A DNA stretch of 64,000 nucleotides from Candidatus Binatia bacterium (GCA_963666515.2 OY762897.2:2208001-2272000), one strand, 5' to 3'; shown: positions 1 to 9,739, counted from the first letter of the stretch. Numbers and translations are program-made. The notes: generated by a model from the letters alone, not told the origin.

Positions 1-661
1 CGTGATCGCCCTCGGGACCGGCGAACGGGTTGCCTACGCGCGCATCCGCGCCGCTGACGATGCGGAACGGCAGGCGAAACAGCGTGCGCATCTCCCGCTC
101 CCAGTTTCCCACCAGGCCGGCGGGCGGCACGATGAGCACGCGGCGGATGAGCCGCCGGGACAGCATCTCGCGTACGTACAGGCCCGTCATGATGGTCTTC
201 CCCGCCCCTGCATCGTCGGCAAGCAGAAAGCGCAGGGGAGCTTGCCGCAGCATCTGCTCGTAGACGGCGATTCGCTGATGGGGAAGCGGGTCGATCAGTG
301 AAGTCTCGGTGGCGAAAGCAGGGTTGAAGAGGTGACCGTAGGCAAGCCGATGCGCCTCGGCGACGGCGGAGACTGCGTCGGGGTTGGCGGAGAAGTCGAG
401 GCTGGGCGGAGTCGTCGGACCGGCATCGTATTCGACTTCGGTCCCTTCCATCACGTGGTCGGGTTGGGTCTCGATCTCCGCGATTCGCCGCCATGCCAGC
501 TTGTTTGGACGGGACTGCCCGTTCTCCCAGCGATTGACGGTGACGTAGGATACCCCGACAAGCTCCGCGAACTGCGTTTGCGTGAGACCCTTGACTCCCC
601 GCACACGTCTGATTCGCTGCGGGAAGTCCTCGGCCAAGTCGGGGGATACGAGAGGCGACAT
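1..661 (-). CDS. XRE/Cro-type HTH fused to SNF2-family helicase (5' part; runs off left edge)
   Basis: Manual translation from ATG at 661: MSPLVSPDLAEDFPQRIRRVRGVKGLTQTQFAELVGVSYVTVNRWENGQSRP (HTH_XRE) ... IDPLPHQRIAV ... RFLLADDAGAGKTIM (Walker A) ... RVLIVPPAGLVGNWEREM. Open to position 1; absent from the ORF track. Confidence 0.9.
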   Translation of the reverse strand, partial: MSPLVSPDLAEDFPQRIRRVRGVKGLTQTQFAELVGVSYVTVNRWENGQSRPNKLAWRRIAEIETQPDHVMEGTEVEYDAGPTTPPSLDFSANPDAVSAVAEAHRLAYGHLFNPAFATETSLIDPLPHQRIAVYEQMLRQAPLRFLLADDAGAGKTIMTGLYVREMLSRRLIRRVLIVPPAGLVGNWEREMRTLFRLPFRIVSGADARVGNPFAGPEGDH

Positions 662-663
662 AT

Positions 664-749
664 GACTATTGCACCACAGAACCGAGGACACGATATCGGA
701 ATTATGTCTCGTGTGCAATAGCTTTCATCATATATCAAATTTTATAGTC
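664..749. promoter_or_regulatory. AT-rich inverted-repeat region, putative operator for the HTH-helicase
   Basis: CTATTGCAC (666-674) / GTGCAATAG (713-721) perfect IR; CGATATCG palindrome (691-698); GACTAT (664-669) / ATAGTC (744-749). Confidence 0.4.
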
Positions 750-783
750 GCTATTATTTTGACACGCTCCGATGGCCTACCCT

Positions 784-1191
784 TCACCCTTCCTTCCGCT
801 TCGGCGGCGCGTAGAGCTGCAGCAGGTTGCCGTCGGGGTCGAAGAAGTAGAAGCCGCGGCCGGACCGGCGCTCCACCACCGGGACCTCGTGGATGCGGAC
901 GCCGGCTTCGCGCATGCGTTCCTCGGCAGTGTCGAAGTCGTCGGCATCGACGTAGAAGGCTTGGTGGGTGACGCCGTCCTCGGCCAGGGCGTCCCGCTCG
1001 ATGGGCGTGGGGCGCTGGAACAGCACCACGATGCTCTTGCCGGACCGCATGTCGGCGCGGCCGAGGCCCCGGAGGTCATCGCGGGCGACGTTGGCCACTT
1101 CCATGCCCAGCACGTCCCGGTAGAAGGCCACCGCCCGGTCGATGTCATTGACGGGGATGCCGCTGTGATACATTCCCTTGGTCTTGATCAT
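784..1191 (-). CDS. VOC/glyoxalase family protein
   Basis: H-x-GIPVNDIDRAVAFYRDVLG, HQAFYV and YFFDPDGNLLQL motifs. Confidence 0.9.
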   Translation of the reverse strand: MIKTKGMYHSGIPVNDIDRAVAFYRDVLGMEVANVARDDLRGLGRADMRSGKSIVVLFQRPTPIERDALAEDGVTHQAFYVDADDFDTAEERMREAGVRIHEVPVVERRSGRGFYFFDPDGNLLQLYAPPKRKEG

Positions 1192-1310
1192 GTCCTGCCT
1201 CCTGTGCCTGAAGGGCTTGTTTCGCGCTCAATCGAAACCCGCGGGGAAACGTGCTATTCGAGAGTTTCCATCATCACCAATCAAACAACAGCAACCAGAG
1301 GATACCACCC

Positions 1311-2594
1311 ATGAACGACCTGTGCAGACTTTCCGCCAGCGAAGCCGTAGAACGCATCAACCGGGGTGAAGTCACCTCCGAGGAGCTGGTCCGTGCTTGC
1401 CTGGAGCGGATCGAGGAACGGGAGCCCCAGGTGGAAGCCTGGGTCCACCTGGACGCAGAGTACTCGCTCGCCCAGGCCCGCGAGCGCGACGCCGCGTCGG
1501 ACCGCGGACCGGTTCACGGCCTTCCGTTCGCCGTGAAGGATATCATGGACACCGCCGACATGCCCACGGGCTACGGCTCGCCCATCTGGGAGGGCTTCCG
1601 GCCACGGGCGGATGCCGCGTGCGTGGCGCTGACCCGGGCCGCGGGCGGCGTGCTGCTGGGCAAGACCGTGACTGCGGAGTTCGCCAGCCGCCATCCGGGC
1701 AAGACGATGAATCCGCACGATCCGGCCCACACTCCCGGCGGCTCGTCCAGCGGATCGGCCGCTGCGGTGGCCGATTTCATGGCGTTCATGGCCTTCGGCA
1801 CCCAGACCTTGGGGTCGGTGATCCGGCCGGCATCCTTCTGCGGCTGCGTGGCTTACAAGCCCACCTACGGCGAGATCAGCGCCGAGGGGGTCAAGGAGAA
1901 CACCGGCTCCTTCGACACGGTGGGGCTGTTCGGCCGGGCGGTGGAGGACCTGCCGCTGTTCCGGGCGGCGGTGACCGGCGAGCCGGTCCGACCGTTGGAC
2001 CCGGTTTCGGTCAAGGGGCTTCGGGTGGGGCTGTGCCGTACGCCGCTGTGGGACCGTGCGCAGAACTACACCAAGGCGCTGGTGGAGGGCGCCGCGGCCG
2101 AACTGGCCAAGGCCGGTGCGGCGGTGTCGGACCTCGACCTCGGCGGGCCGTTCGCCGACTTCGAGGCCATGGGCCGGCGTCTCAGCGACTACGAGATCTC
2201 TCGTGCGCTGACGTGGGAACGCACCCACCACTTCGACCTGCTGAGCGAGTACCAGCAGGGCAAGATGAAGGACTGGCCCGTGGTGTCCTACGAGGAATAC
2301 CGGGAGGCGGAACGGGTTATGACAGCGTGCCGGGCCTACCTGGACGAGGCCGCGAAGGAGCTTGACGTGCTGCTGACCCCGAGCGCGACCGGAGAGGCTC
2401 CCGTGGGTCTCGACAGCACCGGGGATACGTCGTTCAACATCCTCGCCACGTGGACACACGTGCCGTGCGTGACGCTGCCCCTCTTCAAGGGGCCTTCGGG
2501 CTTGCCCGTGGGGCTGCAACTGGTGGGGCGCCGTTGCCAGGACCACCGGCTGTTCGAGATCAGCCGCACGGTGCTCTCCGTGTTGTCCGGGTAG
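1311..2594 (+). CDS. Amidase signature family protein
   Basis: VKD, PGGSSSGS, GTQTLGSVIRPASFCG; start moved to ATG 1311 behind AGAGGA. Confidence 0.9.
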   Translation: MNDLCRLSASEAVERINRGEVTSEELVRACLERIEEREPQVEAWVHLDAEYSLAQARERDAASDRGPVHGLPFAVKDIMDTADMPTGYGSPIWEGFRPRADAACVALTRAAGGVLLGKTVTAEFASRHPGKTMNPHDPAHTPGGSSSGSAAAVADFMAFMAFGTQTLGSVIRPASFCGCVAYKPTYGEISAEGVKENTGSFDTVGLFGRAVEDLPLFRAAVTGEPVRPLDPVSVKGLRVGLCRTPLWDRAQNYTKALVEGAAAELAKAGAAVSDLDLGGPFADFEAMGRRLSDYEISRALTWERTHHFDLLSEYQQGKMKDWPVVSYEEYREAERVMTACRAYLDEAAKELDVLLTPSATGEAPVGLDSTGDTSFNILATWTHVPCVTLPLFKGPSGLPVGLQLVGRRCQDHRLFEISRTVLSVLSG

Positions 2595-2629
2595 GGCGCT
2601 CCTTCGGAAGAAACGGGAGTTGACGCGCC

Positions 2630-3496
2630 TTGTTCCGCCCATGGATACGGGGGCGCGTCGTCCTCGGCTTCGTCCCGGCTGTCCTGCTGATGAGCTATAC
2701 CGGCTTCATCGAGAACTTCTTCCTCTACCACCCGCTACGGGAGATCGAAGCCACCCCTGCGGACTACGGCGCACCCTTCCAGGACGTGCGCTTCCAGGCC
2801 GGGGACGGCGTCCGTCTGCACGGCTGGTACGTGGAACCCCCCGGTCCGGACCGCCCGGTGGTGCTCTGGGCGCACGGCAACGCGGGCAACCTCTCCCACC
2901 GGGCGGAGAACATCGCCATGATCCGCGAGGAACTCCGCGCGGGGGTCTTCCTGTTCGACTACCGGGGCTTCGGACGGAGCGAGGGACGGCCCGGGGAGCC
3001 GGGACTCTACGAGGATGCCCGGGGCGCATACGCTTGGCTGCGCCAAAGGGTGCCGCCGGAGCGGATATTCCTCTTCGGGCGCTCCATCGGCGCGGCCGTC
3101 ATGGTCCGCATCGCCGCGGAGGGTGCCGCGGCCCGCGGTCTGATACTCGAAGCACCCTTCGAGAGCCTGCTGGCCATGGGGAAGGAGGTCTTCCCTTTCC
3201 TTCCCGTGAGCTGGTTCGTTTCTTCCCGGAAGTTCGACAACGCAAGCTACCTTCCACAAGTAACAATGCCCGTCTTCATCCTTCACGGGGACGCTGACGA
3301 GATCGTCCCCCTCACTCAGGGGCGGCGGCTGTTCGAGTTGGCCAACCCGCCCAAGCGCTTCTACGTCATTCCCGGATCGGGGCACAACGACACGTATCTC
3401 GCGGGCGGAGAGCCGTACTGGGAAGCCTGGCGATCCTTCATGGCGAACCCGGAGCGTGGAACCCCGGAATCAACATCGGAACCGGAGGGCCGGTAG
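2630..3496 (+). CDS. Alpha/beta hydrolase (ABHD13/YfhR-like), N-terminal membrane anchor
   Basis: HGNAGN, DYRGFGRS, GRSIG nucleophile elbow, HGDADEIVP, GHND. Confidence 0.88.
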   Translation: MFRPWIRGRVVLGFVPAVLLMSYTGFIENFFLYHPLREIEATPADYGAPFQDVRFQAGDGVRLHGWYVEPPGPDRPVVLWAHGNAGNLSHRAENIAMIREELRAGVFLFDYRGFGRSEGRPGEPGLYEDARGAYAWLRQRVPPERIFLFGRSIGAAVMVRIAAEGAAARGLILEAPFESLLAMGKEVFPFLPVSWFVSSRKFDNASYLPQVTMPVFILHGDADEIVPLTQGRRLFELANPPKRFYVIPGSGHNDTYLAGGEPYWEAWRSFMANPERGTPESTSEPEGR

Positions 3497-3530
3497 CCGG
3501 AGCCGCGACCTTGCCCGGCTTGCCAGCGCT

Positions 3531-4856
3531 TCAGGGTTCGAACCGTTCTTGCGCGTCGAGCTTGCGCTGGAACTCCAGGTACTCGTCCCGGGTCATGCGC
3601 GGTTTGTCTTCCCTGAGGATCCGGCGCGCCGCCGCGGCGTCGTCGTGAAGCAGGTCGATGGCGGTCATGGCCAGGAGCTTGGCCGACTTCACGTAGACCG
3701 CATCCTGGTCGGTGAGCAGGTAGGCATTGGTGTGGCCGCCGCCGGAGGCGCCGGCGACGTAGGGCTGCACCGCCGGCATGATGTGCGCCAGGTCGCCGAA
3801 GTCGGTGCTGCTGGTGCGGTGCTCGGTGCCGAGCGCGAATTGGCCGGCGCCGAACACCTCCTCGGCGTTCTCGCCCCACAGGCGGGCCATGGATTCGTTG
3901 TTGGTCTGCGGCAGATAGCCCGGCACCGTCGTGATCTCCACCGTGGCGCCTATCGCCGTGGCCGCGCCCCGGAGTGCGTTGTCCACCTTGCGGTTGGCGT
4001 CGAGGATACCCTCCAGGGTCTTCCCGCGGATGAAGGTCTCCAGGGTCACCTCTGCCGGCACCACGCTCACCGCGTCGCCGCCCCGGGTGATGATGGGATG
4101 GATGCGGATGGTGTCGTCGTCGTAGAAGGTCTCGCGCTGGTAGGCGATGGCGGTCATGGCCAGAGACGCCGCGTTGAGGGCGTTGATGCCCTTCTGCGGG
4201 CTTCCGCCCGCGTGCGCGGCCCTGCCTATGAAGCGTATCTTCTTGATGATGGCGGCGTTGGACGATCGCGCCACGTGGGAGGCAAGAGTGTCGGTCTTGG
4301 TGTGGAACATCATCGCCAGGTCCACGTCGTCGAAGTGGCCGAGCCGGATCAGTTCCGCCTTACCCGACAGGAACTCGATCTCACCGCCGGCCTTGCGCGC
4401 CATGCGCTCGTCCACGTCGATCATCTCTTCGGCCGGGACCGCAAAGAACACCAGCGAGCCCGCGAGCTCCGGCAGCACGCCGGCGGACAGAAGCCCCATG
4501 GCCGCGCCCACCATGCCAGCCACCTGCGCGTTATGGCCGCAGGCATGGGCCGCGCCGGTCCGGGAGTCGGCATGAGGGTGGTCCGGCACCCGGAGCGCAT
4601 CCAGCTCCCCCATGATGGCCAGGGTGGGACCGGGGACGCCGCAGTCCATGCGGCCCTTGATGCCGGTGACGGCCAGGCCGCGCTGCGGCTCGATGCCGAG
4701 GCCCTGGAGCCCGGCGGCTACCAGGTCCGCGGTGTCGGTCTCGTTGAAGCCCGTCTCGGGGTTGCGCAGGATCGTCTCGCCAAGGTCGATGATCTCCTGA
4801 CTGCGGTCGTCGATGACCCGGCAGGCCCGGGCCTTGAGATCCTCCCTGGAGGTCAT
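3531..4856 (-). CDS. M20 family amidohydrolase
   Basis: NPETGFNE, GELDAL, HACGHN, PAEE, GRAAHAG. Confidence 0.9.
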   Translation of the reverse strand: MTSREDLKARACRVIDDRSQEIIDLGETILRNPETGFNETDTADLVAAGLQGLGIEPQRGLAVTGIKGRMDCGVPGPTLAIMGELDALRVPDHPHADSRTGAAHACGHNAQVAGMVGAAMGLLSAGVLPELAGSLVFFAVPAEEMIDVDERMARKAGGEIEFLSGKAELIRLGHFDDVDLAMMFHTKTDTLASHVARSSNAAIIKKIRFIGRAAHAGGSPQKGINALNAASLAMTAIAYQRETFYDDDTIRIHPIITRGGDAVSVVPAEVTLETFIRGKTLEGILDANRKVDNALRGAATAIGATVEITTVPGYLPQTNNESMARLWGENAEEVFGAGQFALGTEHRTSSTDFGDLAHIMPAVQPYVAGASGGGHTNAYLLTDQDAVYVKSAKLLAMTAIDLLHDDAAAARRILREDKPRMTRDEYLEFQRKLDAQERFEP

Positions 4857-4889
4857 GGGTTTCCTTCCTTCACCGACAAGCGGTTCGCC

Positions 4890-5372
4890 CTAGCCCTGCC
4901 GGAGCGCATCTTCCAGCAGTTGCAGGGCGGCCTTGGTGAAGGCCCACATGTTGGCTTCGCGGTCCGCGTCGCCGGTCTCGATGGTGATGGCCTTCTCCAC
5001 CGGCCCGACGACGGCCATGCAACTGTGGCCGGCGGCGTCGCCGTAGCGGTTCCCGGTGGGGCCGGTGGCGCCGCTTTCCGAGAGGCCCCAGGTGGTGTTC
5101 AGCCGTCCCTGGATCAGCCGCGCCGCGTTGAGCGCGTACGGCTCCGTGCTGCCTCGCACCGTTACCTCGCTCTCGGGCATCATCAGCAGGCCGGCGCGGG
5201 CATGCCGGGTGTAGATGACGCCCCCGCCCACGAAATAGGCCGAGGCGCCGGGCAGCGACAGCAGCGCCGCGGAGATCAAGCCGCCGGTGGAGGACTCGGC
5301 CACCGCCACGGTCTCGTTCCTCTCCTTGAGCAGTTCGCCGACGGTACGTCCGAGGGTTATCAGGTCGGGCAT
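4890..5372 (-). CDS. CinA C-terminal / PncC family protein
   Basis: VAVAESSTGGLI, GASAYF, SGATGP motifs. Confidence 0.88.
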   Translation of the reverse strand: MPDLITLGRTVGELLKERNETVAVAESSTGGLISAALLSLPGASAYFVGGGVIYTRHARAGLLMMPESEVTVRGSTEPYALNAARLIQGRLNTTWGLSESGATGPTGNRYGDAAGHSCMAVVGPVEKAITIETGDADREANMWAFTKAALQLLEDALRQG

Positions 5373-5385
5373 GGTCTCTCCTCTC

Positions 5386-5413
5386 CTGGATTCCGGCTTT
5401 CGCCGGAATGACG
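5386..5413. repeat. Palindromic repeat family A (CTGGATTCCGGCTTTCGCCGGAATGACG)
   Basis: Identical 28-mer at 9740-9767; ATTCCGGC/GCCGGAAT stem. Confidence 0.85.
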
Positions 5414-5482
5414 GATGCGAAGCGTCATTGTCTCATTCACCTGCCACAGGCCTTCCATATCGGCGGGATTAGTTCCAGGCGG

Positions 5483-6943
5483 CTACGCCCCGCCCTTCTG
5501 CAGCGACAGCGACAGGCCCGGCCGGCGCACGTGGATGCCGGCGTAGCGGCTGCGGCCGGTGAGGCGCTCCATCAGCGCGACCATGGGCAGCCTGGCGCTC
5601 AGGTACTCCCGGGGCGGGCCGGCGGCGCGCATGGCGGCGATCTCTTCCTCGCTCAGCATCCACCGGAGCAGCAGCTCCTCGTCGGTGACGCCCGGGCCGC
5701 CAAGCTTGCGCCGCACCTCCTCGATGGTCAGATCCGGCGGCTCCCACCGGGCCATCTCCTTGCCGCGCGGCCGGTCGAGGATCTTGTGCTTCACGTCCGG
5801 GTCCATGGTCTCGGCCCCTTCGCGGCCCCACAACCCCAGCGCGTACTGGATGACCTGGTCGGTGACCTCCTCGTAGCGGGCGCCGACGATGACGTTGATG
5901 GCGGCCTGGCTGCCGACGAACTGCGACAGCGGCGTCACCATGATGGGATAGCCCAGGTCCGCGCGCACCCGCACCACCTCTTCCAGGGCCTCCTCCGCCT
6001 TGTGCTCCAGACCCACCTTGGCGAGCTGGTGGCGCAGGTTCGAGATCATGCCGCCGGGCACCTGGTGCTGGTACTGGGCGTAGTCGTATTCCACCGGGGC
6101 ACCGATGGGAAAGCCTTCCCGCCGGGCCACCGCGGTGAAGAACTCCGACACTTCCTCAAGAGCGTCCGTGTCCACGGCGCACGGGTAGCCCAGGGCCCGG
6201 AGGTTGGCGGCGACGCTGAAGACGGACGGGTTGGAGGAGGCATTGGCCAGCGGCGGCACCGCGGTGTTCACGGTACGGATGCCGAGCTTCACCGCTTCCA
6301 GACAGCACAAGGGACCCAGCCCGGTGGTGCAGTGGGTGTGCAGCTCCACCGGGATGCCGCCGGCGTTCTCGAAGATCATCGGCACCAGGGTGCGGGTGCG
6401 CTCGGGGGTCAGCAGGCCGCCGGGGTCCTTGAGGCAGAGGAACGGCACCCCCAGCGACGCGGCCTCGCGGGTCTTCCGCGCGTAGTAGTCGTCGGTGTGC
6501 TTCGGCGACACCGAGTAGATGAGGTTCACGATGGGCTGGAGGCCGTTCTTGCGGGCGATGGCGACCTTGCGCTGCCAGCCCTCCAGCTCGTTCCACTCCT
6601 CGGAGATGCGCGCCTGCCGGATGCCGTTGGCCGCCATCCGCTCGATGAACAGCTCGTACACCGACACCGGCGTGATCTCGAAGGCGTTGACCCGGCCGGC
6701 CATGAGCCGCAGCGGCGTGCGGGTGACGCGCTCCGCCACCATCCGCACCCGGTCCCAGGGGTCCTCCTTCAGCTCACGCACGCACTTCTTGAGGTGGGAG
6801 GCGGACATCAGCTCGATGGCGTCGAACCCGGCCTCGTCCATGGTCCTGGCCACCGGCAGCATCATGCCGGTGGTCATGCGCTCGGCCCACAGGCTCTGGT
6901 GGCCGTCGCGCAACGTCGTGTCTACGAATCGGATCTCGTCCAT
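5483..6943 (-). CDS. Pyruvate/oxaloacetate carboxyltransferase (PycB/OadA-like) lacking a biotinyl domain
   Basis: DTTLRDGHQSL, KDPGGLL, HTH, HQVPGGMISNL, DLGYPIMVTPLSQFVG; no MKM biotinylation motif. Confidence 0.88.
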   Translation of the reverse strand: MDEIRFVDTTLRDGHQSLWAERMTTGMMLPVARTMDEAGFDAIELMSASHLKKCVRELKEDPWDRVRMVAERVTRTPLRLMAGRVNAFEITPVSVYELFIERMAANGIRQARISEEWNELEGWQRKVAIARKNGLQPIVNLIYSVSPKHTDDYYARKTREAASLGVPFLCLKDPGGLLTPERTRTLVPMIFENAGGIPVELHTHCTTGLGPLCCLEAVKLGIRTVNTAVPPLANASSNPSVFSVAANLRALGYPCAVDTDALEEVSEFFTAVARREGFPIGAPVEYDYAQYQHQVPGGMISNLRHQLAKVGLEHKAEEALEEVVRVRADLGYPIMVTPLSQFVGSQAAINVIVGARYEEVTDQVIQYALGLWGREGAETMDPDVKHKILDRPRGKEMARWEPPDLTIEEVRRKLGGPGVTDEELLLRWMLSEEEIAAMRAAGPPREYLSARLPMVALMERLTGRSRYAGIHVRRPGLSLSLQKGGA

Positions 6944-6947
6944 GTCG

Positions 6948-8117
6948 CTAATCCAGGATGCGGGGGCCGAACAGCGTCACCGCGTTGTCCCACAGGATCT
7001 TGGCCTTGGCCTCTTCCGGGATGGGCTGGGCGTCGAAGTCCGGCAGGGCCTTCTCCGGCCGCGGCGCGTCCGGGTGCGGATAGTCGGTGTTCCAGGCGAT
7101 GTTGTCGCCGCCCAGGTGGTCCACCGCGTAGGACAGCGCGCTCTCGTCGCTGTCGCAGGTCACCGTGATCTGGCGCTTGAAGTACTCGCTGGGGAGCATG
7201 GGCAGGCGCTCCACCGCGTTGCCCATGACGCTGTTGCGGCCGTGGGTGTGCTCGTCCATCCGGCCGAGCCAGAATGGCACCCAGCCGACGTTGGACTCCA
7301 GGATGCCCAGCCGCAGCCTGGGGAAACGGTCCAGGATGCCGGTGAAGATGAAATGACCCATGGTGGCCATGTTGTCGCACGGGAAGCCCAGCGCGTGGTC
7401 GAGGCCGCGCAGGGCGAGCTGCTGCATGTCGCGGTCGTCCACGTTGCCGCGGTTGCCGCCGGCGAAGGGGTGGAAGCGGCGCTGGCGGTACTCGCCGTGC
7501 ACGGAGATGGGGAAATCAAGCTCGCAGGCCAGCGCCCACAGCGCGTCGTACTCGGGCTCGTGCAGCCAGCGGTCCTCGGGCAGGAAGGGGTTGCGCACCG
7601 ACACCGCTCCCAGCTCCTCCACCGCGCGCCGGGCCTCCACCAGCATGGCGTCCGTATCCGATCCCGGCAGCACCGCCACGAACTTGAGCCGCTTGGGGTC
7701 GGCGTCGCAGTAGTCCCGGCACCAGTTGTTGTAGGCCCGGCACATGGCCGCACCCAGTTCGGCGTCCTTGAGCGCCACCCGGTAGGCGAAGTTGCCGTTG
7801 TTGCCCGTGGGCAGCAGCACTTGCACGTCCCAACCGTGGGCGTCCATGTCCTTGAGGCGGGTCTCCGCGGACCACCACGTGCGGTATTGCTCCCCGTACC
7901 TGGCTTCCATGTCCGCCCACGCGGTGCGCGGCAGCTTGGGCTGCTTCTCGGTCTTGGGGATGATGCGCCCGTCCGGCTCGTAGACCATGAAGGCGCCGTC
8001 CATGAACGCCACCTTGGGCACCTGGTCGCGGTAGGCGGGCTCGACGTAACGCTCCCACAGGTACTGCGGCTCGTGCATGTGCGCGTCCGCGTCGATGACC
8101 TTGAATCCCTTCCACAT
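6948..8117 (-). CDS. Amidohydrolase_2 family protein (hydrolase or non-oxidative decarboxylase)
   Basis: VIDADAH, RAYNNW, DRFPRLRLGILE, TDYPHPD. Confidence 0.88.
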   Translation of the reverse strand: MWKGFKVIDADAHMHEPQYLWERYVEPAYRDQVPKVAFMDGAFMVYEPDGRIIPKTEKQPKLPRTAWADMEARYGEQYRTWWSAETRLKDMDAHGWDVQVLLPTGNNGNFAYRVALKDAELGAAMCRAYNNWCRDYCDADPKRLKFVAVLPGSDTDAMLVEARRAVEELGAVSVRNPFLPEDRWLHEPEYDALWALACELDFPISVHGEYRQRRFHPFAGGNRGNVDDRDMQQLALRGLDHALGFPCDNMATMGHFIFTGILDRFPRLRLGILESNVGWVPFWLGRMDEHTHGRNSVMGNAVERLPMLPSEYFKRQITVTCDSDESALSYAVDHLGGDNIAWNTDYPHPDAPRPEKALPDFDAQPIPEEAKAKILWDNAVTLFGPRILD

Positions 8118-8275
8118 GACGGCGCTCCTTTCATGTGCGGCCCTGGAGGCCGCCCCGCTACACGCCTGCTACTATTCCCTGTTTCGCGTTTCGCTTCAAC
8201 CGGACGCTACGGGCGCTTGACGGCGCGGCAACGATTCCTTTAAGGGAAACTTGATCGATAGGAACGGGTGCAGGA

Positions 8276-8944
8276 ATGACGACTCAAGCTTTCGTATCCT
8301 CGGTGGTGGAGGAGATCATCCGTCCCGGCGTCGAGCGGCTGCTGGCGGGGCGGTACTTTACCGACCTGCGGAACGGCACCCTTTCGACGCGCAGGCTCCA
8401 GGGGTTCGCGGTGCAGCACTACCTCCTGAACGTCGCCATCAACAAGGGGTTCGTGCTGTGCATGGCGAAGAACGCTCACAACCAGGAACTCTACGACCTG
8501 TTCCTCCACGCCTTCACCGAGGAACAGACGCACCCGGACCTCATGAAGCGCTTCGGCCTCGCCATCGGCCTCACCGACGAGGACTTCGACGAGGCCCTGC
8601 CCATCTTCGAATGCCAGGCCCACGCCGCCGCCATCCTCAGGGGCATGTTCCTGGGCTCGCCCGCGGAAAGCCGCACCAGCGCGCTGGTGAACGAGAGCAT
8701 GGTGGGCCGTTACGCGGCCGAGTTCGACGCCTGCCTGGCCGAAGGATACGGAATCGGCGACCACGACCGGGAATTCTTCACGGTGCACGCGGTGGCCGAC
8801 CAGGAGCACGCCGCGCTGGCGGCGCAGGTGGTCGAACGGTACTGCACCACCGAACGGGACCGCCGCGTCGTCGAGCACGCCGCCCGCAACATGGTGCGCT
8901 TCAAGCTGGCCAAGTTCGACGGGATCTACGACGCCTACGCCTGA
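8276..8944 (+). CDS. TenA/PqqC/CADD-like heme-oxygenase-fold protein
   Basis: All-helical character; EEQTH, NESM and FFTVHAVADQEH metal-ligand pattern. Confidence 0.78.
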   Translation: MTTQAFVSSVVEEIIRPGVERLLAGRYFTDLRNGTLSTRRLQGFAVQHYLLNVAINKGFVLCMAKNAHNQELYDLFLHAFTEEQTHPDLMKRFGLAIGLTDEDFDEALPIFECQAHAAAILRGMFLGSPAESRTSALVNESMVGRYAAEFDACLAEGYGIGDHDREFFTVHAVADQEHAALAAQVVERYCTTERDRRVVEHAARNMVRFKLAKFDGIYDAYA

Positions 8945-8953
8945 AGGCCGTGC

Positions 8954-8981
8954 TTGACCGCGGTCGGAGGGGCTCTATAAT
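8954..8981 (+). promoter_or_regulatory. Sigma70-type promoter
   Basis: TTGACC-16 bp-TATAAT directly upstream of the Lon-N gene. Confidence 0.65.
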
Positions 8982-9002
8982 CAGGGAACAAGGGGGTTCC
9001 GC

Positions 9003-9692
9003 ATGGAAGACAAAACCGAATCCGTCTCGTTGCCCGAAGTCCTTTCCATCTTCCCGCTCACGGGAGTGCTGCTGCTGCCCGGCACCCGGCTGCCGCTGCA
9101 CATCTTCGAGCCCCGCTACCGCAACCTGGTGCACGACGCGCTCGACGCGGAGGGCGTCTTCGGCATGATCCAGCCCTTCATCCCCCAGAACGACAACCTG
9201 CCCCAGCCGGGCGCCGAGCGCACCGTGCCGGAACTGTACGGGGTGGGCTGCGCCGGACACATCGAACGATGGGAAAAGGCCCCGGACGGCCGCTACATGG
9301 TGCAGCTTCGAGGCATCAGCCGGTTCCGCATCCAGGAAGAACTCTCCCTGGAACGGGGCTACCGGCGGGTGCGGCCCGACTACGCGTGCTTCGACGATCT
9401 GGAGGAAACGGACCCTGCGGCCGTGGACCGTCCGCGCCTCACCCAGGCGCTCAACCGCTACGCCGAGACGCGCGGCCTGACCATCGACCTGAAGCAGCTC
9501 GACCCCATCCCCGATACCGACCTCGTCAACTTCCTGGGCGTGGCGATGCCCTTCCACCCGTCGGAAAAGCAGGCGTTGCTGGAAGCCGAATCCGTCGGGG
9601 AACGGGAGAGGGTTCTCGTCAGCCTGCTGGAGTTCGGCGGCGACACGACGGCGCCCCCCTCGGACTCGTCGGGTTCGCGCACCCTCAACTGA
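9003..9692 (+). CDS. Stand-alone LON peptidase substrate-binding domain protein
   Basis: IFPLTGVLLLPGTRLPLHIFEPRY, DGRY, EKQALLEA. Confidence 0.9.
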   Translation: MEDKTESVSLPEVLSIFPLTGVLLLPGTRLPLHIFEPRYRNLVHDALDAEGVFGMIQPFIPQNDNLPQPGAERTVPELYGVGCAGHIERWEKAPDGRYMVQLRGISRFRIQEELSLERGYRRVRPDYACFDDLEETDPAAVDRPRLTQALNRYAETRGLTIDLKQLDPIPDTDLVNFLGVAMPFHPSEKQALLEAESVGERERVLVSLLEFGGDTTAPPSDSSGSRTLN

Positions 9693-9739
9693 GCCGCCGC
9701 GCCCAGGCCGCGCGGTCGTCACCACTACCTTCTGTCCTG

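Noticed and set aside
8276-8944. Assignment as pqqC or pABA-forming CADD
   Set aside because: No supporting neighbours, and key residues do not appear conserved.
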